Below, one piece after another: positions 41,925 to 55,700 of a stretch of DNA of 64,000 bases; positions within the stretch are counted from its first letter, which is position 1, and each line of letters opens with the position of its first letter. The position numbers and the translations under genes are program-made. The notes beneath the pieces are model-generated. The model did no database searches, was not told the DNA's origin, and saw nothing but the letters and a program-made list of their open reading frames with translations. Source of the DNA: Eledone cirrhosa (taxonomy: Eukaryota); contig OZ024741.1 of NCBI GenBank assembly GCA_964016885.1, positions 217,248,001 through 217,312,000 on the forward strand. Direction: 5' to 3'.

Positions 41925-41967
41925 GTAATCTACGCGTTTCATTCTTTTTAGAAATCATCAGGACTAC
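41925..41967 (-). ncRNA. Minimal type I hammerhead ribozyme motif (repeat unit 2)
   Basis: Identical motif 310 bp from the unit 1 copy. Confidence 0.75.
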
Positions 41968-42222
41968 ATATCCAGTGCTTTTATCGAGAATGACACAGCT
42001 AGAGACTTATAGAATACTTAGCTGTGTACAGGAACTGGTTTGAAACAGAATATTTTCGAATATTCTATGTCTATATTCACATATATATCGCTATTTCAGA
42101 GCATTTATTCCAGTTTCTAATTTCTGCCGGACCGGCAACCGCTCTTTCAAACCAGTTCCTGTACACAGCTAAGTATTCTATAAGTCTCTAGCTGTGTCAT
42201 TCTCGATAAAAGCACTGGATAT

Positions 42223-42265
42223 GTAGTCCTGATGATTTCTAAAAAGAATGAAACGCGTAGATTAC
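42223..42265 (+). ncRNA. Minimal type I hammerhead ribozyme motif (inverted unit)
   Basis: gtagtc CTGATGA tttctaaaaagaat GAAA cgcg TA gattac. Confidence 0.75.
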
Positions 42266-42410
42266 TTCCCTTGCTTTTATCGAGAATCTAATTGTAATAC
42301 GTGACGTATTCTATTCTATAGCGATTAGGTCTTCAAAATGTTTATTATAAACATACAGAATATTTTCGAATATTCTATGTCTATATTCATATATATATAT
42401 ATATATACAT

Positions 42411-42452
<42 letters not shown>

Positions 42453-42508
42453 TTCGTTTCTGAATTTGTTTAGCAAGATTCTTTATCTGAAATCGTGTGT
42501 TGAAACCG

Positions 42509-42982
42509 ATATTGTTATACTTTGGGAGGGTCATGTTGCCAATAAGAAACACACGCACCAGTTGCTTTCACTTCAATTTATTATATATTTATAAATTTAT
42601 AAATTTACAAATCTACAAACTTATAAATTTCTGGTTGGTTGGTTGGTTCCACAACCAGATAGTTGTTTATATATAGTCATAGTCCTTTCGTCACACACTC
42701 TGTGACCTCTTCAGTGACTGGGGATTCCTTTCTTTGTTTCTGTGCCTTTCCTTTCTTCTATCCTACGCCATTTTGTTTCTGTGTGTGTGTTGTGTTCAGA
42801 GTGTGTGACGAAAGGACTATGACTATATATAAACAACTATCTGGTTGTGGAACCAACCAACCAACCAGAAATTTATAAGTTTGTAGATTTGTAAATTTAT
42901 AAATTTATAAATATATAATAAATTGAAGTGAAAGCAACTGGTGCGTGTGTTTCTTATTGGCAACATGACCCTCCCAAAGTAT

Positions 42983-42990
<8 letters not shown>
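42509..42990. mobile_element. Fold-back with ~195-bp arms and a degenerate hammerhead
   Basis: 42509-42702 is the reverse complement of 42797-42990. Confidence 0.75.
42675..42719 (-). ncRNA. Degenerate hammerhead motif
   Basis: agtca CTGAAGA ggtcacagagtgtgtgac GAAA ggac TA tgact. Stem II is off by one base and stem III is not palindromic. Confidence 0.45.
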
Positions 42991-43015
<25 letters not shown>

Positions 43016-43302
43016 ACAAAGGAAATGTGGTAAGGAACCAGGTGGACCATAACGCACCAAAGTACTCAATACTTAGGGTAGTAGAGTGGGTAATAGGAAT
43101 GAGTAGGACCAGAATTAGCCGGAGAAACGGCTTGAGCTCAGCCGTCGGGGTCCTACTCGTTCCTATATATATATATATATATAAACATATATATAGGGAC
43201 TGTAACATCCAGTTACTGTAGGTTCACCAGAGTGAGTACTTGATGCGTAGTTTCCAGTAAGTATAGAGGTGTAGTACTAAGCAGAGTGTAATAATAATAA
43301 AA

Positions 43303-43540
43303 AGAACGGTTTGTTATATCTTCATTACATATATTGAGTAGTGACGCTCATTTCGCTATTGATCAGCTCATGGTTTGATCTGTATCGATCTGGCCCGACT
43401 CTGGAATCAAAAGCTCGTCAGACTTCTGTTGTGGTAATGACAGAGTCTGGCTAGATCAATACAGATCAAACCTTGAGCTGATCAATAGCGAAACGAACGT
43501 CACTTCTCAATGAATGTAATGAAGACATAACAAATCGTCC
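43303..43540. mobile_element. Older imperfect fold-back (~100-bp arms) with a hammerhead
   Basis: Diverged inverted arms around a ~37-bp spacer containing the CTGACGA core. Confidence 0.65.
43337..43427 (-). ncRNA. Hammerhead motif with long stem II (decayed)
   Basis: agaagt CTGACGA gcttttgatt...gatcaatagc GAAA tgagcg TC actact. The opposite arm keeps GAAA cgaacg TC acttct, which completes stem I perfectly. Confidence 0.6.
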
Positions 43541-43714
43541 TGGCAGTATCGGTAAGGGGTCGGACGCCATGCTTTGATGCATAGAGTTACGGCCCTTGCC
43601 ATTCTGAGTTCAAATTCCGCTGAGGTTAACTTTGCCTTTCATTCTTATGGGGTCGATAAAATAAAGTACCAGTAATGCACTGGGTATGCTGGCCTTGTGC
43701 CAAAAGTAGAAACA

Positions 43715-43777
<63 letters not shown>

Positions 43778-43868
43778 AACGTGCCTCAAACAGGACAACC
43801 TGTCTAACCCATGCTAGTGTGGAAAATAGGCGTTAAACAATGATGTCAATGATACAGAGAGAGAAAGG

Positions 43869-43930
<62 letters not shown>

Positions 43931-44244
43931 CATAGTCACCTCTTTCCCTCTCTGTCATTATCATCAACCACCAGCATTTCGGAAGTTGATTCTCTTTCCC
44001 CCAACCCACCACATCTCCACCCTGTTGACTGTGTTTAGAAACTTGCAGGAGGGGTGACCCTATAACGCACACACACGCACATACACACATGTACTATTAT
44101 AACATACATACACGGACACATAGCCACATACACTACTATGACATACACACACACACACACTATACCAACCCACTAAGATTACTTAACTGTTATTTCCATC
44201 CCTGTTCAGTTTTACATAAACACTCCCCTTCCTGTCTCTTTCTC

Positions 44245-44284
<40 letters not shown>

Positions 44285-44368
44285 TCTATATATATATATC
44301 TATATACATACATATATATATATATATATACATATATATATACATATATATATATACATATATATATG

Positions 44369-44453
<85 letters not shown>

Positions 44454-44459
44454 ATATAT

Positions 44460-44493
<34 letters not shown>

Positions 44494-44509
44494 ATACATA
44501 TATATACAT

Positions 44510-44543
<34 letters not shown>

Positions 44544-44557
44544 ACATATATATACAT

Positions 44558-44625
<68 letters not shown>
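44245..44625. repeat. (TA)n/(TACA) microsatellite
   Basis: Seen directly in the sequence. Confidence 0.95.
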
Positions 44626-44628
<3 letters not shown>

Positions 44629-44791
44629 AACCAGTAAGACCCCGACAGCTGAGCTCAAGCCGTTTCGACGGCTAAACGGCTTGAGCTCAGCTGTCGGGGT
44701 CTTACTGGTTCCTATTACCCACTCTACTACCTCAAGTATTGAGTACTTTGGTGCGTTATGGTCCACCTGGTTCCTTACCACATTTCCTTCG

Positions 44792-44795
<4 letters not shown>
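44626..44795. mobile_element. Short (TA)n-embedded repeat family with a terminal hairpin; other copies at ~4915-5045, 9090-9230, 12730-12870, 39120-39225, 43015-43165
   Basis: Shared sequence tacccactctactacc..aagtattgagtact..ggtgcgttatggtcca..tggttcctta; palindrome at 44626-44713. Confidence 0.65.
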
Positions 44796-44879
<84 letters not shown>

Positions 44880-46656
44880 ATAATATATATATATACATAT
44901 ATATATCTAGGACACACACACACATACACACAATTATCTAGTCTCTATTTCTGACTCAACAGTAATAAATGTCAGGCTGGTAGACTAGTAAACCCTAAAA
45001 GTACTGGGTCCACTTTTTGAAAATGGTTTAGAGGAATTAGGGGGGTGTTGAATATGAAGTTCTTAACTCTTTTACTCTTTTACCAGTTCCAGCCATCCGG
45101 CTGAGGCCATGCTGGGGCACCACCCTTGTTGCTACACATTTTATCTCCAGCCTGTATTGGTTGGCCACGGGAGCAAGAGGGAGTTTGTTGCTGCTGCCCT
45201 TAGGTTTCCCTCGTGCCTTGCTGTTGGCTCATCCGGGATCCTGGATAGCAAGGTGTCGAGATGTTTCTTGAAAACATCCACATTCACACCATGCAGATCT
45301 CTCAGATCCCTTGGCATTGTTGGCAGGTTCCCATGACTTATGATGTATCAAATATCTGGTGGGCGTGTTTCATTATTCCTCTATCTTCACCCTTTAGCAT
45401 TTAACCCTTTTGCATTTATATTACTTTATATATACTATAATATTTTCACAGTAAAGGCATAATAATAATAATGAAATTATTGTGTACAGTGCTCAGGTGC
45501 ACTACAACTCATCAAAGGTGCATGTATAGTACATAGAATAATGAACAAATGTCAGGGAAGTGAATAGTGTATGAGTCATGATATACATGTGTGCGTGTGT
45601 TTGGAGGGGGAGTATTAGGTGTAGTGTTGGCGAATCTCGGGAAGCATGGAAGTTTTAAAGGATGCAGTGTCTCGACAGCTAACAACTGATGCAGGTAGTT
45701 TGTTCTATGCTTCAGCAACTCTGAGCATGAAAAAATGTTTCCGAAAGTCATGGGAACTGTGCTGTTTTCTGACTTTGTTGGCATGCCCACGTGTGTTAGA
45801 CACATGGAAATCAAAAAGGTACTCAGGGTTGTTGTTGGCAAGATGGTTAATAATTTTGCGGGTGTGTTATCTCATATAATTATCTCACATAACATCGAAT
45901 CTATGAGATTTTGATATTATTTATTTTGTGAACAATACCTTAACATCAGTAGGAGCAGCCGGTTACAGCCGGTTGGAGAGAATTGTGGCTGGATACGGCC
46001 GGTTTAAAGGCTAAAGTGTTAAAACAGCCATTATCCAGCCAGAATTTTCTCACTTCTTTCTGTTCAAACCAACTGTAACTGGCCACTCATACTGATGTTA
46101 AGGTATTGTTCTCAAAATAAATAACATCAAAATGTTTTAGATTCGATGTTATGTACAATAAAGCCTTTATAAAAAAAAAACAATAGTAAATATAGAGTAA
46201 TGTAAATGCTAAAGGGTTAACCATGTTATCAGCCACCTTGCTGATGTATTGGCCAATGTTCCTATTGAAAGTGCTTGGTTATACCAAAAACTTATCATAG
46301 CACCAACACTATCAACTTACAGAGTGTACTAGGTGTATTCTAACATAACACCAGCACTATCACTTTATAGAGTGCACTGGGTGTATTTTATCATGGCACT
46401 AGCACTGCCACTTTGTAGATTGAACAGCATGCATTTTATTATGGTACCAGTACAACCACTTTAGAGAATGTAGAAGGTGTATTCTATCATGGTATCAACA
46501 CTACCACTTTACAGAGTGTACTGGGTGTATTTTATTGTGACACTAGCGCTACCACGTTACAGAGATCAGGGAGTCAATCCAGGTAAAATCGGGACATCTC
46601 AAAGTCAAGTGATCGCAGTAAAGTTACCAGACACACACACACATATGTATTTATAC

Positions 46657-46794
46657 CTTTAGGTGGACAAAACATCCGTGTACAAGCTATTTCACCATCT
46701 CCAACACAATGACATCTGTTACAGTCTACCATGAATGATTCTCCTGCTGTGAAGTTCTTTCCATCATGGTGGCACATTCCTCTGGTCATATTAA
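46657..46794 (-). CDS. Module exon A: VNMTRGMCHHDGKNFTAGESFMVDCNRCHCVGDGEIACTRMFCPPK
   Basis: Acceptor ttccag at 46800-46795; donor GTATAA at 46656-46651; 138 nt, open frame. Confidence 0.8.
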
Positions 46795-49700
46795 CTGGAA
46801 TATAATTTAGAAATATATATATCATCATCATCATCACCATCTTTAATATAGGTGTCCGACTTTTATTAGGACTTGGTGAACATACGACAAAACTGTTTCA
46901 GAAAGGAGGGATAAACATGCCAATCTATGTTTAGAATCCCGAGCAACGCCGGGCCATTCTGCTAGTGGGTATTAAATTGAAAAATTTTAACCATCAAAAA
47001 ACTAAAAAGCCCAGCTTAGGGCATAAATAAACTGCTACAGCCATTGTTAGTGGGGACCCCTACTGCATGGGGCCTGGAATAATTATCCCTTTGCCTCCAA
47101 TTATATGCAGCTCTGCACAATGCATGTGAGTGGAGTCCTGTTCTTGTCATATGACATATACACAATGTTTAGAGAGACAAATCCAGATTGGTGAGCCAGA
47201 GTAAGTCATCATATTTAGTAATGTGGATTACCTCAAGGTCACCGAGAATTCACCTGATGGGGCAAGCCCGGACAACATGCAGCACTGTCTGGTCAGGGTT
47301 GCTACAATCACATGCTGGGCTGTCCTTCATGTGGGTGGAGAAGTTCAAATATTGTGGGGACATTTTCATGATTGAATCGAAGGCAGGAGAATAAAATAAG
47401 AGCAATAATTGCAGGAGCTGGTGCAGTAATGTGCCAGCTTCAGCATTTGGTCATTAGAAAATGGGAGGTAGGTATAAAAGTAAAACTTGATATCTTCAAT
47501 GTGATGTTTGTACCAACCAACTCTTACCTATATTCATGCATTATGGGTAATGACTGAAATAATATGATTGTAAATACAAATAACCAAAATGTGGTTCCTC
47601 TGAAAGGTTTTGGAGTAACATTACTCAATGGGGTACATTGTTTAGAGAACAGGGAGACACTCCAGTTAGAAGCACAACTTCTTGAAATCAAGTGATCACA
47701 GCAAAGTTACAAGACACAGACACATATGTATGAATACCTTTAGGTGGACAAAACATCCGTGTACAAGCTACTTCACCATCTCCAACACAATGACATCTGT
47801 TACAGTCTACCATGAATGATTCTCCTGCAGTGAAGTTCTTTCCATCATGGTGGCACATCCCTCTGGTCATATTAACTGGAATATAATTTAGAAATATATA
47901 TCATCTTCATCATCATCCTCACCATCTTTAATATAGGTGTCCTCCTTTGCCAAAGATGTGTAGTCACCTCTCCTGTTCATAATCTTCATGAACAGAATTA
48001 ACATGCACAGCCATACTGGAAGAGGTATCAAAACTGATGGTTGTAGGGTCAGTTGGATGACATGTACAGACAACATGGGGCTACTTAACTCATCAGAGAG
48101 TGATCTCTAACATACACTTGATAGCTTTACTGCCGAGTGCTGTTCAGTAGGAATGAAATTAAATATTGTGAAGAGTGAGACTCTTGTCTTCTCAAGGAAG
48201 CCTGTACAGTGCACACTGCCAAGTTTGGATCTAAACCTTGGGTGACCCGAGTCATGTCAGATTTGGGGAGCCCCTGTACATAAATAATTTGAAATACACA
48301 GCAAGATCCCCAATTTTATATGTCAAAGTAATCTTGGCACAAGTAATTGGAATTGAAAAGTTATATATATAGGTATTATATTACAAAAATTTAACCATCC
48401 TAAAACTATAAAGCCCATTTGAGGGCACAAATAAATTACTCCGGCAGTTGCTTGTGGTGACCCCTACTGCAGTGGGCCTGGAATCATTGCCCCATTTACA
48501 CCTAATTAAATCTGGCTCTGCACACGGCATGTGAGTGGAGATTTCTTCTTGTCATATGACATACACAATGTTTAGAGAGACAAATCCAGATTGGTGAGCC
48601 AGAGTAAGTCATCATATTTAGTAATGTGAATTACATCAAGGTCACCAAGACTTCACGTGATGGGGCATTCCTGAACAACATACGGCACTGTCTGTTCAGG
48701 GTTGATATAATCACATGCTGGGCTGTCCTTTATGTGGGTGGAGAAGGTCAAATATTGTGGGGACATTTTCATGATTGATGGAAGGCAGGAGAATAAAGTA
48801 AGAGCAATAATTGCAGGAGCTGGTGCAGTAATGTGCCAGCTTCAGCATTTGTTCATTAGAAAATTGGAGGTAGGTATAAAAGTAAAACTTGATATCTTCA
48901 ATGTGATGTTTGTACCAACCAACTCTTACATATAGTCATGCATTATGGGTAATGAATGAAAGTATATGATTGTTAATACAAAGAGCCTAAATGTGGTTCC
49001 TCTAAAGGTCTTTGGAGTAACATTACTCAATGGGGTACATTGTTTAGAGAACAGGGAGACACTTCAGTTAGAAACATGATTTCTTGAAATCAAGTGATCA
49101 CATCAAAGTTACAAGACATACAGACACATATGTATGTATATCTTTAGGTGGACAAAACATCCGTGTACAAGCTACTTCACCATCTCCAACACAATGACAT
49201 CTGTTACAGTCTACCATGAATGATTCTCCTGTAGTGAAATTCTTTCCATCATGGTAGCACATCCTTCTGGTCATATTAACTGGAATATAATTTAGAAATA
49301 TATATCATCATCATCACCATCTATAATATAGGTGTCCTCCTTTGACAAACATGTGTAGGTCACCTCTCCTGTTCATAATCTTCATGAACAGAATTAACAT
49401 GCACAGCCACACTGGAAGTGGTATCAAAACTGATGGTTGTAGGGTCAGTCGGATGACATGTACAGACAACATGGGGCTACTTAACTCATCAGAGAGTGAT
49501 CTCTGAAATACACTTGATAGCTTTACTGCAGAGTGCTGTTCAGTAGGAATGAAATTCAATATTGTGAAGAGTGAGACTCTTGTCTTCTCAAGGAAGCCTG
49601 TACAGTGCACACTGCCAAGGTTGGATTTAAAACTTGGGTGACCCGAGTCATGTCAGATTTGGGGAGCCCCTGTACAGAATTAATTTGAAATACACAGCAA

Positions 49701-52700
49701 GATCCCCAATTTTATATGTCAAAGTAATCTTGGCACAAGTAATTGGAATTGAAAAGTTATATATATAGGTATTATATTAAACATCCTAAAACTATAAAGC
49801 CCATTTGAGGTCACAAATAAATTACTGCGGCAGTTGATTGTGGTGACCCCTACTGCAGTGGCCCTGGAATCATTGCCCCATTTACACCTAATTAAATCTG
49901 GCTCTGCACACGGCATATGAGTGGAATCTTGTTCTTTTCATATGACATATACACAATCTTTAGAGAGACAAATCCAGATTGGTGAGCCAGAGTAAGTCAT
50001 CATATTTAGTAATGTTGATTACATCAAGGTCACCAAGATTTCACCTGATGGGGCATTCCTGAACAACATACGGCACTGTCTGGTCAGGGTTGATATAATC
50101 ACATTCTGGGCTGTCCTTTATGTGGGTGGAGAAGTTCAAATATTGTGGCGCCATTCTCCTGATTGATGGAAGGCAGGAGAATAAATAAATTAAGAGCAAT
50201 AATTGCAGGAGCTGATGCAGTAATGTGCCAGCTTCAACATTTGGTCATTAGAAAATGGGAGGTAGGTATAAAAGTAAAACTTGATATCTTCAATGTGATG
50301 TTTGTACCAACCAACTCTTACCTATAGTCATGCATTATGGGTAATGACTGAAATAATATGATTGTAAATTCAAACAACCAAAATGTGGTTCCTCTGAAAG
50401 GTCTTTGGAGTAACATTACTCAATGGGGTACATTGTTTAGAGAACAGGGAGTCACTCCAGTTAGAAGCACAACTTCTTGAAATCAAGTGATCACAGCAAA
50501 GTTACAAGACATAGAGAAACATATGTATGTATACCTTTAGGTGGACAAAACATCCGTGTACAAGCTACTTCACCATCTCCAACACAATGACATCTGTTAC
50601 AGTCTACCATGAATGATTCTCCTGCAGTGAAGTTCTTTCCATCAAGGTGGCACATCCCTCTGGTTATATTAACTGGAATATAATTTAGAAGTAAATATAT
50701 CATCATCATCATCATCACTATCTTTAATATAGGTGTCCTCCTTTGACAAACATGTAGGTCACCTCTCCTGTTCATAATCTTCATGAACAGAATTAACATG
50801 CACAGCCACACTGGAAGTGGTATCAAAACTGATGGTTGTAGGGTCAGTTGGATGACATGTACAGACAACATGGGGCTACTTAACTCATCAGAGAGTGATC
50901 GCTGAAATACACTTGATAGCTTTACTGCCGAGTGCTGTTCAGTAGGAATGAAATTCAATATTGTGAAGAGTGAGACTCTTGTCTTCTCAAGGAAGCCTGT
51001 ACAGTGCACACTGCCAAGGTTGGATTTAAAACTTGGGTGACCCGAGTCATGTCAGATTTGGGGAGCCCCTGTACATAAATAATTTGAAATACACAGCAAG
51101 ATCCCCAATTTTATATGTCAAAGTAATCTTGGCACAAGTAATTGGAATTGAAAAGTTATATATATAGGTATTATATTAAAAAAATTTAACCATCCTAAAA
51201 CTATAAAGCCCATTTGAGGGCACAAATAAATTACTGCGGCAGTTGCTTGTGGTGACCCCTACTGCAGTGGGCCTGGAATCATTGCCCCATTTACACCTAA
51301 TTAAATCTGGCTCTGCACACGGCATGTGAGTGGAGATTTCTTCTTGTCATATGACATATACACAATGTTTAGAGAGACAAATCCAGATTGGTGAGCCAGA
51401 GTAAGTCATCATATTTAGTAATGTTGATTACATCAAGGTCACCAAGACTTCACGTGATGGGGCATTCCTGAACAACATACGGCACTGTCTGGTCAGGGTT
51501 GATATAATCACATGCTGGGCTGTCCTTTATGTGGGTGGAGAAGGTCAAATATTGTGGGGACATTTTCATGATTGATGGAAGGCAGGAGAATAAAGTAAGA
51601 GCAATAATTGCAGGAGCTGGTGCAGTAATGTGCCAGCTTCAGCATTTGTTCATTAGAAAATGGGAGGTAGGTATAAAAGTAAAACTTGATATCTTCAATG
51701 TGATGTTTGTACCAACCAACTCTTACATATAGTCATGCATTATGGGTAATGAATGAAAGTATATGATTGTTAATACAAAGAGCCTAAATGTGGTTCCTCT
51801 AAAGGTCTTTGGAGTAACATTACTCAATGGGGTACATTGTTTAGAGAACAGGGAGACACTTCAGTTAGAAACATGATTTCTTGAAATCAAGTGATCACAT
51901 CAAAGTTACAAGACATACAGACACATATGTATGTATATCTTTAGGTGGACAAAACATCCGTGTACAAGCTACTTCACCATCTCCAACACAATGACATCTG
52001 TTACAGTCTACCATGAATGATTCTCCTGTAGTGAAATTCTTTCCATCATGGTAGCACATCCTTCTGGTCATATTAACTGGAATATAATTTAGAAATATAT
52101 ATCATCATCATCACCATCTATAATATAGGTGTCCTCCTTTGACAAACATGTGTAGTCACCTCTCCTGTTCATAATCTTCATGAACAGAATTAACATGCAC
52201 AGCCACACTGGAAGTGGTATCAAAACTGATGGTTGTAGGGTCAGTCGGATGACATGTACAGACAACATGGGGCTACTTAACTCATCAGAGAGTGATCTCT
52301 GAAATACACTTGATAGCTTTACTGCAGAGTGCTGTTCAGTAGGAATGAAATTCAATATTGTGAAGAGTGAGACTCTTGTCTTCTCAAGGAAGCCTGTACA
52401 GTGCACACTGCCAAGGTTGGATTTAAAACTTGGGTGACCCGAGTCATGTCAGATTTGGGGAGCCCCTGTACAGAATTAATTTGAAATACACAGCAAGATC
52501 CCCAATTTTATATGTCAAAGTAATCTTGGCACAAGTAATTGGAATTGAAAAGTTATATATATAGGTATTATATTAAACATCCTAAAACTATAAAGCCCAT
52601 TTGAGGTCACAAATAAATTACTGCGGCAGTTGATTGTGGTGACCCCTACTGCAGTGGCCCTGGAATCATTGCCCCATTTACACCTAATTAAATCTGGCTC

Positions 52701-55700
52701 TGCACACGGCATATGAGTGGAATCTTGTTCTTTTCATATGACATATACACAATCTTTAGAGAGACAAATCCAGATTGGTGAGCCAGAGTAAGTCATCATA
52801 TTTAGTAATGTTGATTACATCAAGGTCACCAAGATTTCACCTGATGGGGCATTCCTGAACAACATACGGCACTGTCTGGTCAGGGTTGATATAATCACAT
52901 TCTGGGCTGTCCTTTATGTGGGTGGAGAAGTTCAAATATTGTGGCGCCATTCTCCTGATTGATGGAAGGCAGGAGAATAAATAAATTAAGAGCAATAATT
53001 GCAGGAGCTGATGCAGTAATGTGCCAGCTTCAACATTTGGTCATTAGAAAATGGGAGGTAGGTATAAAAGTAAAACTTGATATCTTCAATGTGATGTTTG
53101 TACCAACCAACTCTTACCTATAGTCATGCATTATGGGTAATGACTGAAATAATATGATTGTAAATTCAAACAACCAAAATGTGGTTCCTCTGAAAGGTCT
53201 TTGGAGTAACATTACTCAATGGGGTACATTGTTTAGAGAACAGGGAGTCACTCCAGTTAGAAGCACAACTTCTTGAAATCAAGTGATCACAGCAAAGTTA
53301 CAAGACATACAGACACATATGTATGTATACCTTTCAGACACATATGTATGTATACCTTTAGGTGGACAACGCATCTGTGAACAAGCTATTTCACCATCTC
53401 CAACACAATGACATCTGTTACAGTCTACCATGAATGATTCTCCTGCAGTGAAGTTCTTTCCATCATGGTGGCACATCCCTCTGGTCATATTAACTGGAAT
53501 ATAATTTAGAAGTAAATATATCATCATCATCATCATCATCATCATCACCATCTTTAATATAGGTGTCCTCCTTTGACAAACATGTGTAGGTCACCTCTCC
53601 TGTTCATAATCTTCATGAACAGAATTAACATGCACAGCCACACTGGAAGAGGTATCAAAACTGATGGTTGTAGGGTCAGTCAGATGACATGTACAGACAA
53701 CATGGGGCTACTTAACTCATCAGAGAGTGATCTCTGACATTCACATATGTATGTATACATTTAGGTGGACAACGCGTCCGTGTACAAGCTATTTCACCAT
53801 CTCCTACACAATGACATCTGTTACAGTCTACCATGAATGATTCTCCTGCACTGATGTTCATTCCATCATGGTAGCCGCCCACTCTGGTTATATTAACTGG
53901 AAAATAAGTTAGAAAAAAACCCAGCTATATATATATACCATCATCATCATCATTTTATGCCTGTAAGACTTGGGTTGGGCTGTTTGTCACAAATTACATA
54001 CGTACATACAAACATAATAATTGTTTCTACTTTTGACACAAGACAGCATTTACCCCAGTGCATTACTGGTACTTTATTTTATCAATCCTGTAAGGATGAA
54101 AGGCAAAGATCATCTCGGTGGGATTTGAACTCAGATCATAAAGGGCCGTAACTCTATGCTTCAAAGCATGGTGTCTAGCGCTCTACCAATACTGCCAATC
54201 CGCTATGTATTGCATACATACATAATAATGGCTGCATCTCAGTTTTGAGAATTGCCATCCATATGGCCCTGCTCTGTGTGCAGAAAAGGAGTAGGTAAAA
54301 ATTCCATTCTATGTACCAAATGCAAGCAATGGGTGTACAAGAGATGTAGTAGGATCTCAGGCAGGCTAACAAAGATTGTAGGCAAGTGTACATGGGCAGT
54401 AAGTAGCAAGAACCCTCAGGATACAACCACCTTCAAATGCTCAGATGGCTTGGTTGAAGTGGTAGATAGTTTCTGTTATCTATACCAAATCAGTAGTGGG
54501 GGAGGGTGCTCCAAAAGCACAGTAACCAGAGTGAGATCAGGTTGGAGAAAGTTCAGGGAGCTACTACCGTTACTAACTACAAAAGGTTTTTCTCAAAATG
54601 AAAGGCAGACTGTATGATACATGTATATGAACAACAATGTTGCACAAAAGAGAGACCTGGCACTATGTGCGGAGGACCTGTGAAAATTGGAAAGGAATGA
54701 AGCCTCCATGCTTCACTGGATGTGCAATAGCAATATACATGGACGGCAAAGTATCAATACACTGTGTGAGGAATTAAGCTTGAGAGAAATCAATTGTTGC
54801 ATGCAGGAGAGGAGATTGCATTGGTCTGGACATGTGATGCATATGAAGGATGACAGCTGTATAATAAGGTTCAGAGCGCTTAAAGTCGATGGTAGCTGTG
54901 GTATGGGCAGGACTAGGAAGACTTAGGATGAGGTAATAAAAGCTGACCTTGCATAATTACACCTCTCAAAGGCAATGACTCAGGACTGCAACCTCTGGCG
55001 CTATGCAGTTTTACAGAAGACCCACTCTCTATTGTTCTCGCGATGATGCTATACCTAGTAGGCAACACCTTCCTCAACCTTCTATCCCCTCTCATTCACC
55101 TCCCTCATCGGTAACCATACCTTCCCTACTACCCTGTCCACATTTTTTCCCCCAAGCCGCTCCACTCTCGCTAGTCAGATAAAAGTGCCTAGGCCTCACT
55201 GTGTTGTGTCGGTGACACAACAAAGGTGCTTAGTCTACACTGTAAAGAACATCCAGCACACACAGTAAAGTGATCATGTAGTTGTCACAACAAAAAGCAC
55301 CGAGCGCATGCAGTCAATGTGGTTGGCTTTAGGAAGGGCATCCAGCTATAGAAAACCATCCAGAAACTCTCCTATATAAGCAAGACATGGTCACTCGACC
55401 CAACTTGCCTCTAATTGGGACAAATCCATCTAAGCCGTGCTAGTGAGGAAGATAGACGTTAATCGACGATGATGATGATGATGATGAACTTTTTCTCATA
55501 CATGGGTGACACAAACATGATCTTTTAACACTGGCAAGGAGTTAGATTCTTTTCTGCATATGTTGTAGCGAAAGGTAAAAGAAAAGCCCCACGTGAATGT
55601 TGTTTAGATTAAGTGATGTTAGAAGCTCTTGAAGTGAAAAATTGCCTTGCACTAGATCAACCCCAATCTCTGAACAATGGTGACAGGTATCCCCAAAATA

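Noticed and set aside
50491-51009. 172-aa ORF with a hydrophobic stretch before the Cys module, resembling a signal peptide plus domain
   Set aside because: The upstream part is the antisense reading of an intronic RTE relic; the frame is broken in sibling units, and a conserved AG acceptor sits directly before the module.
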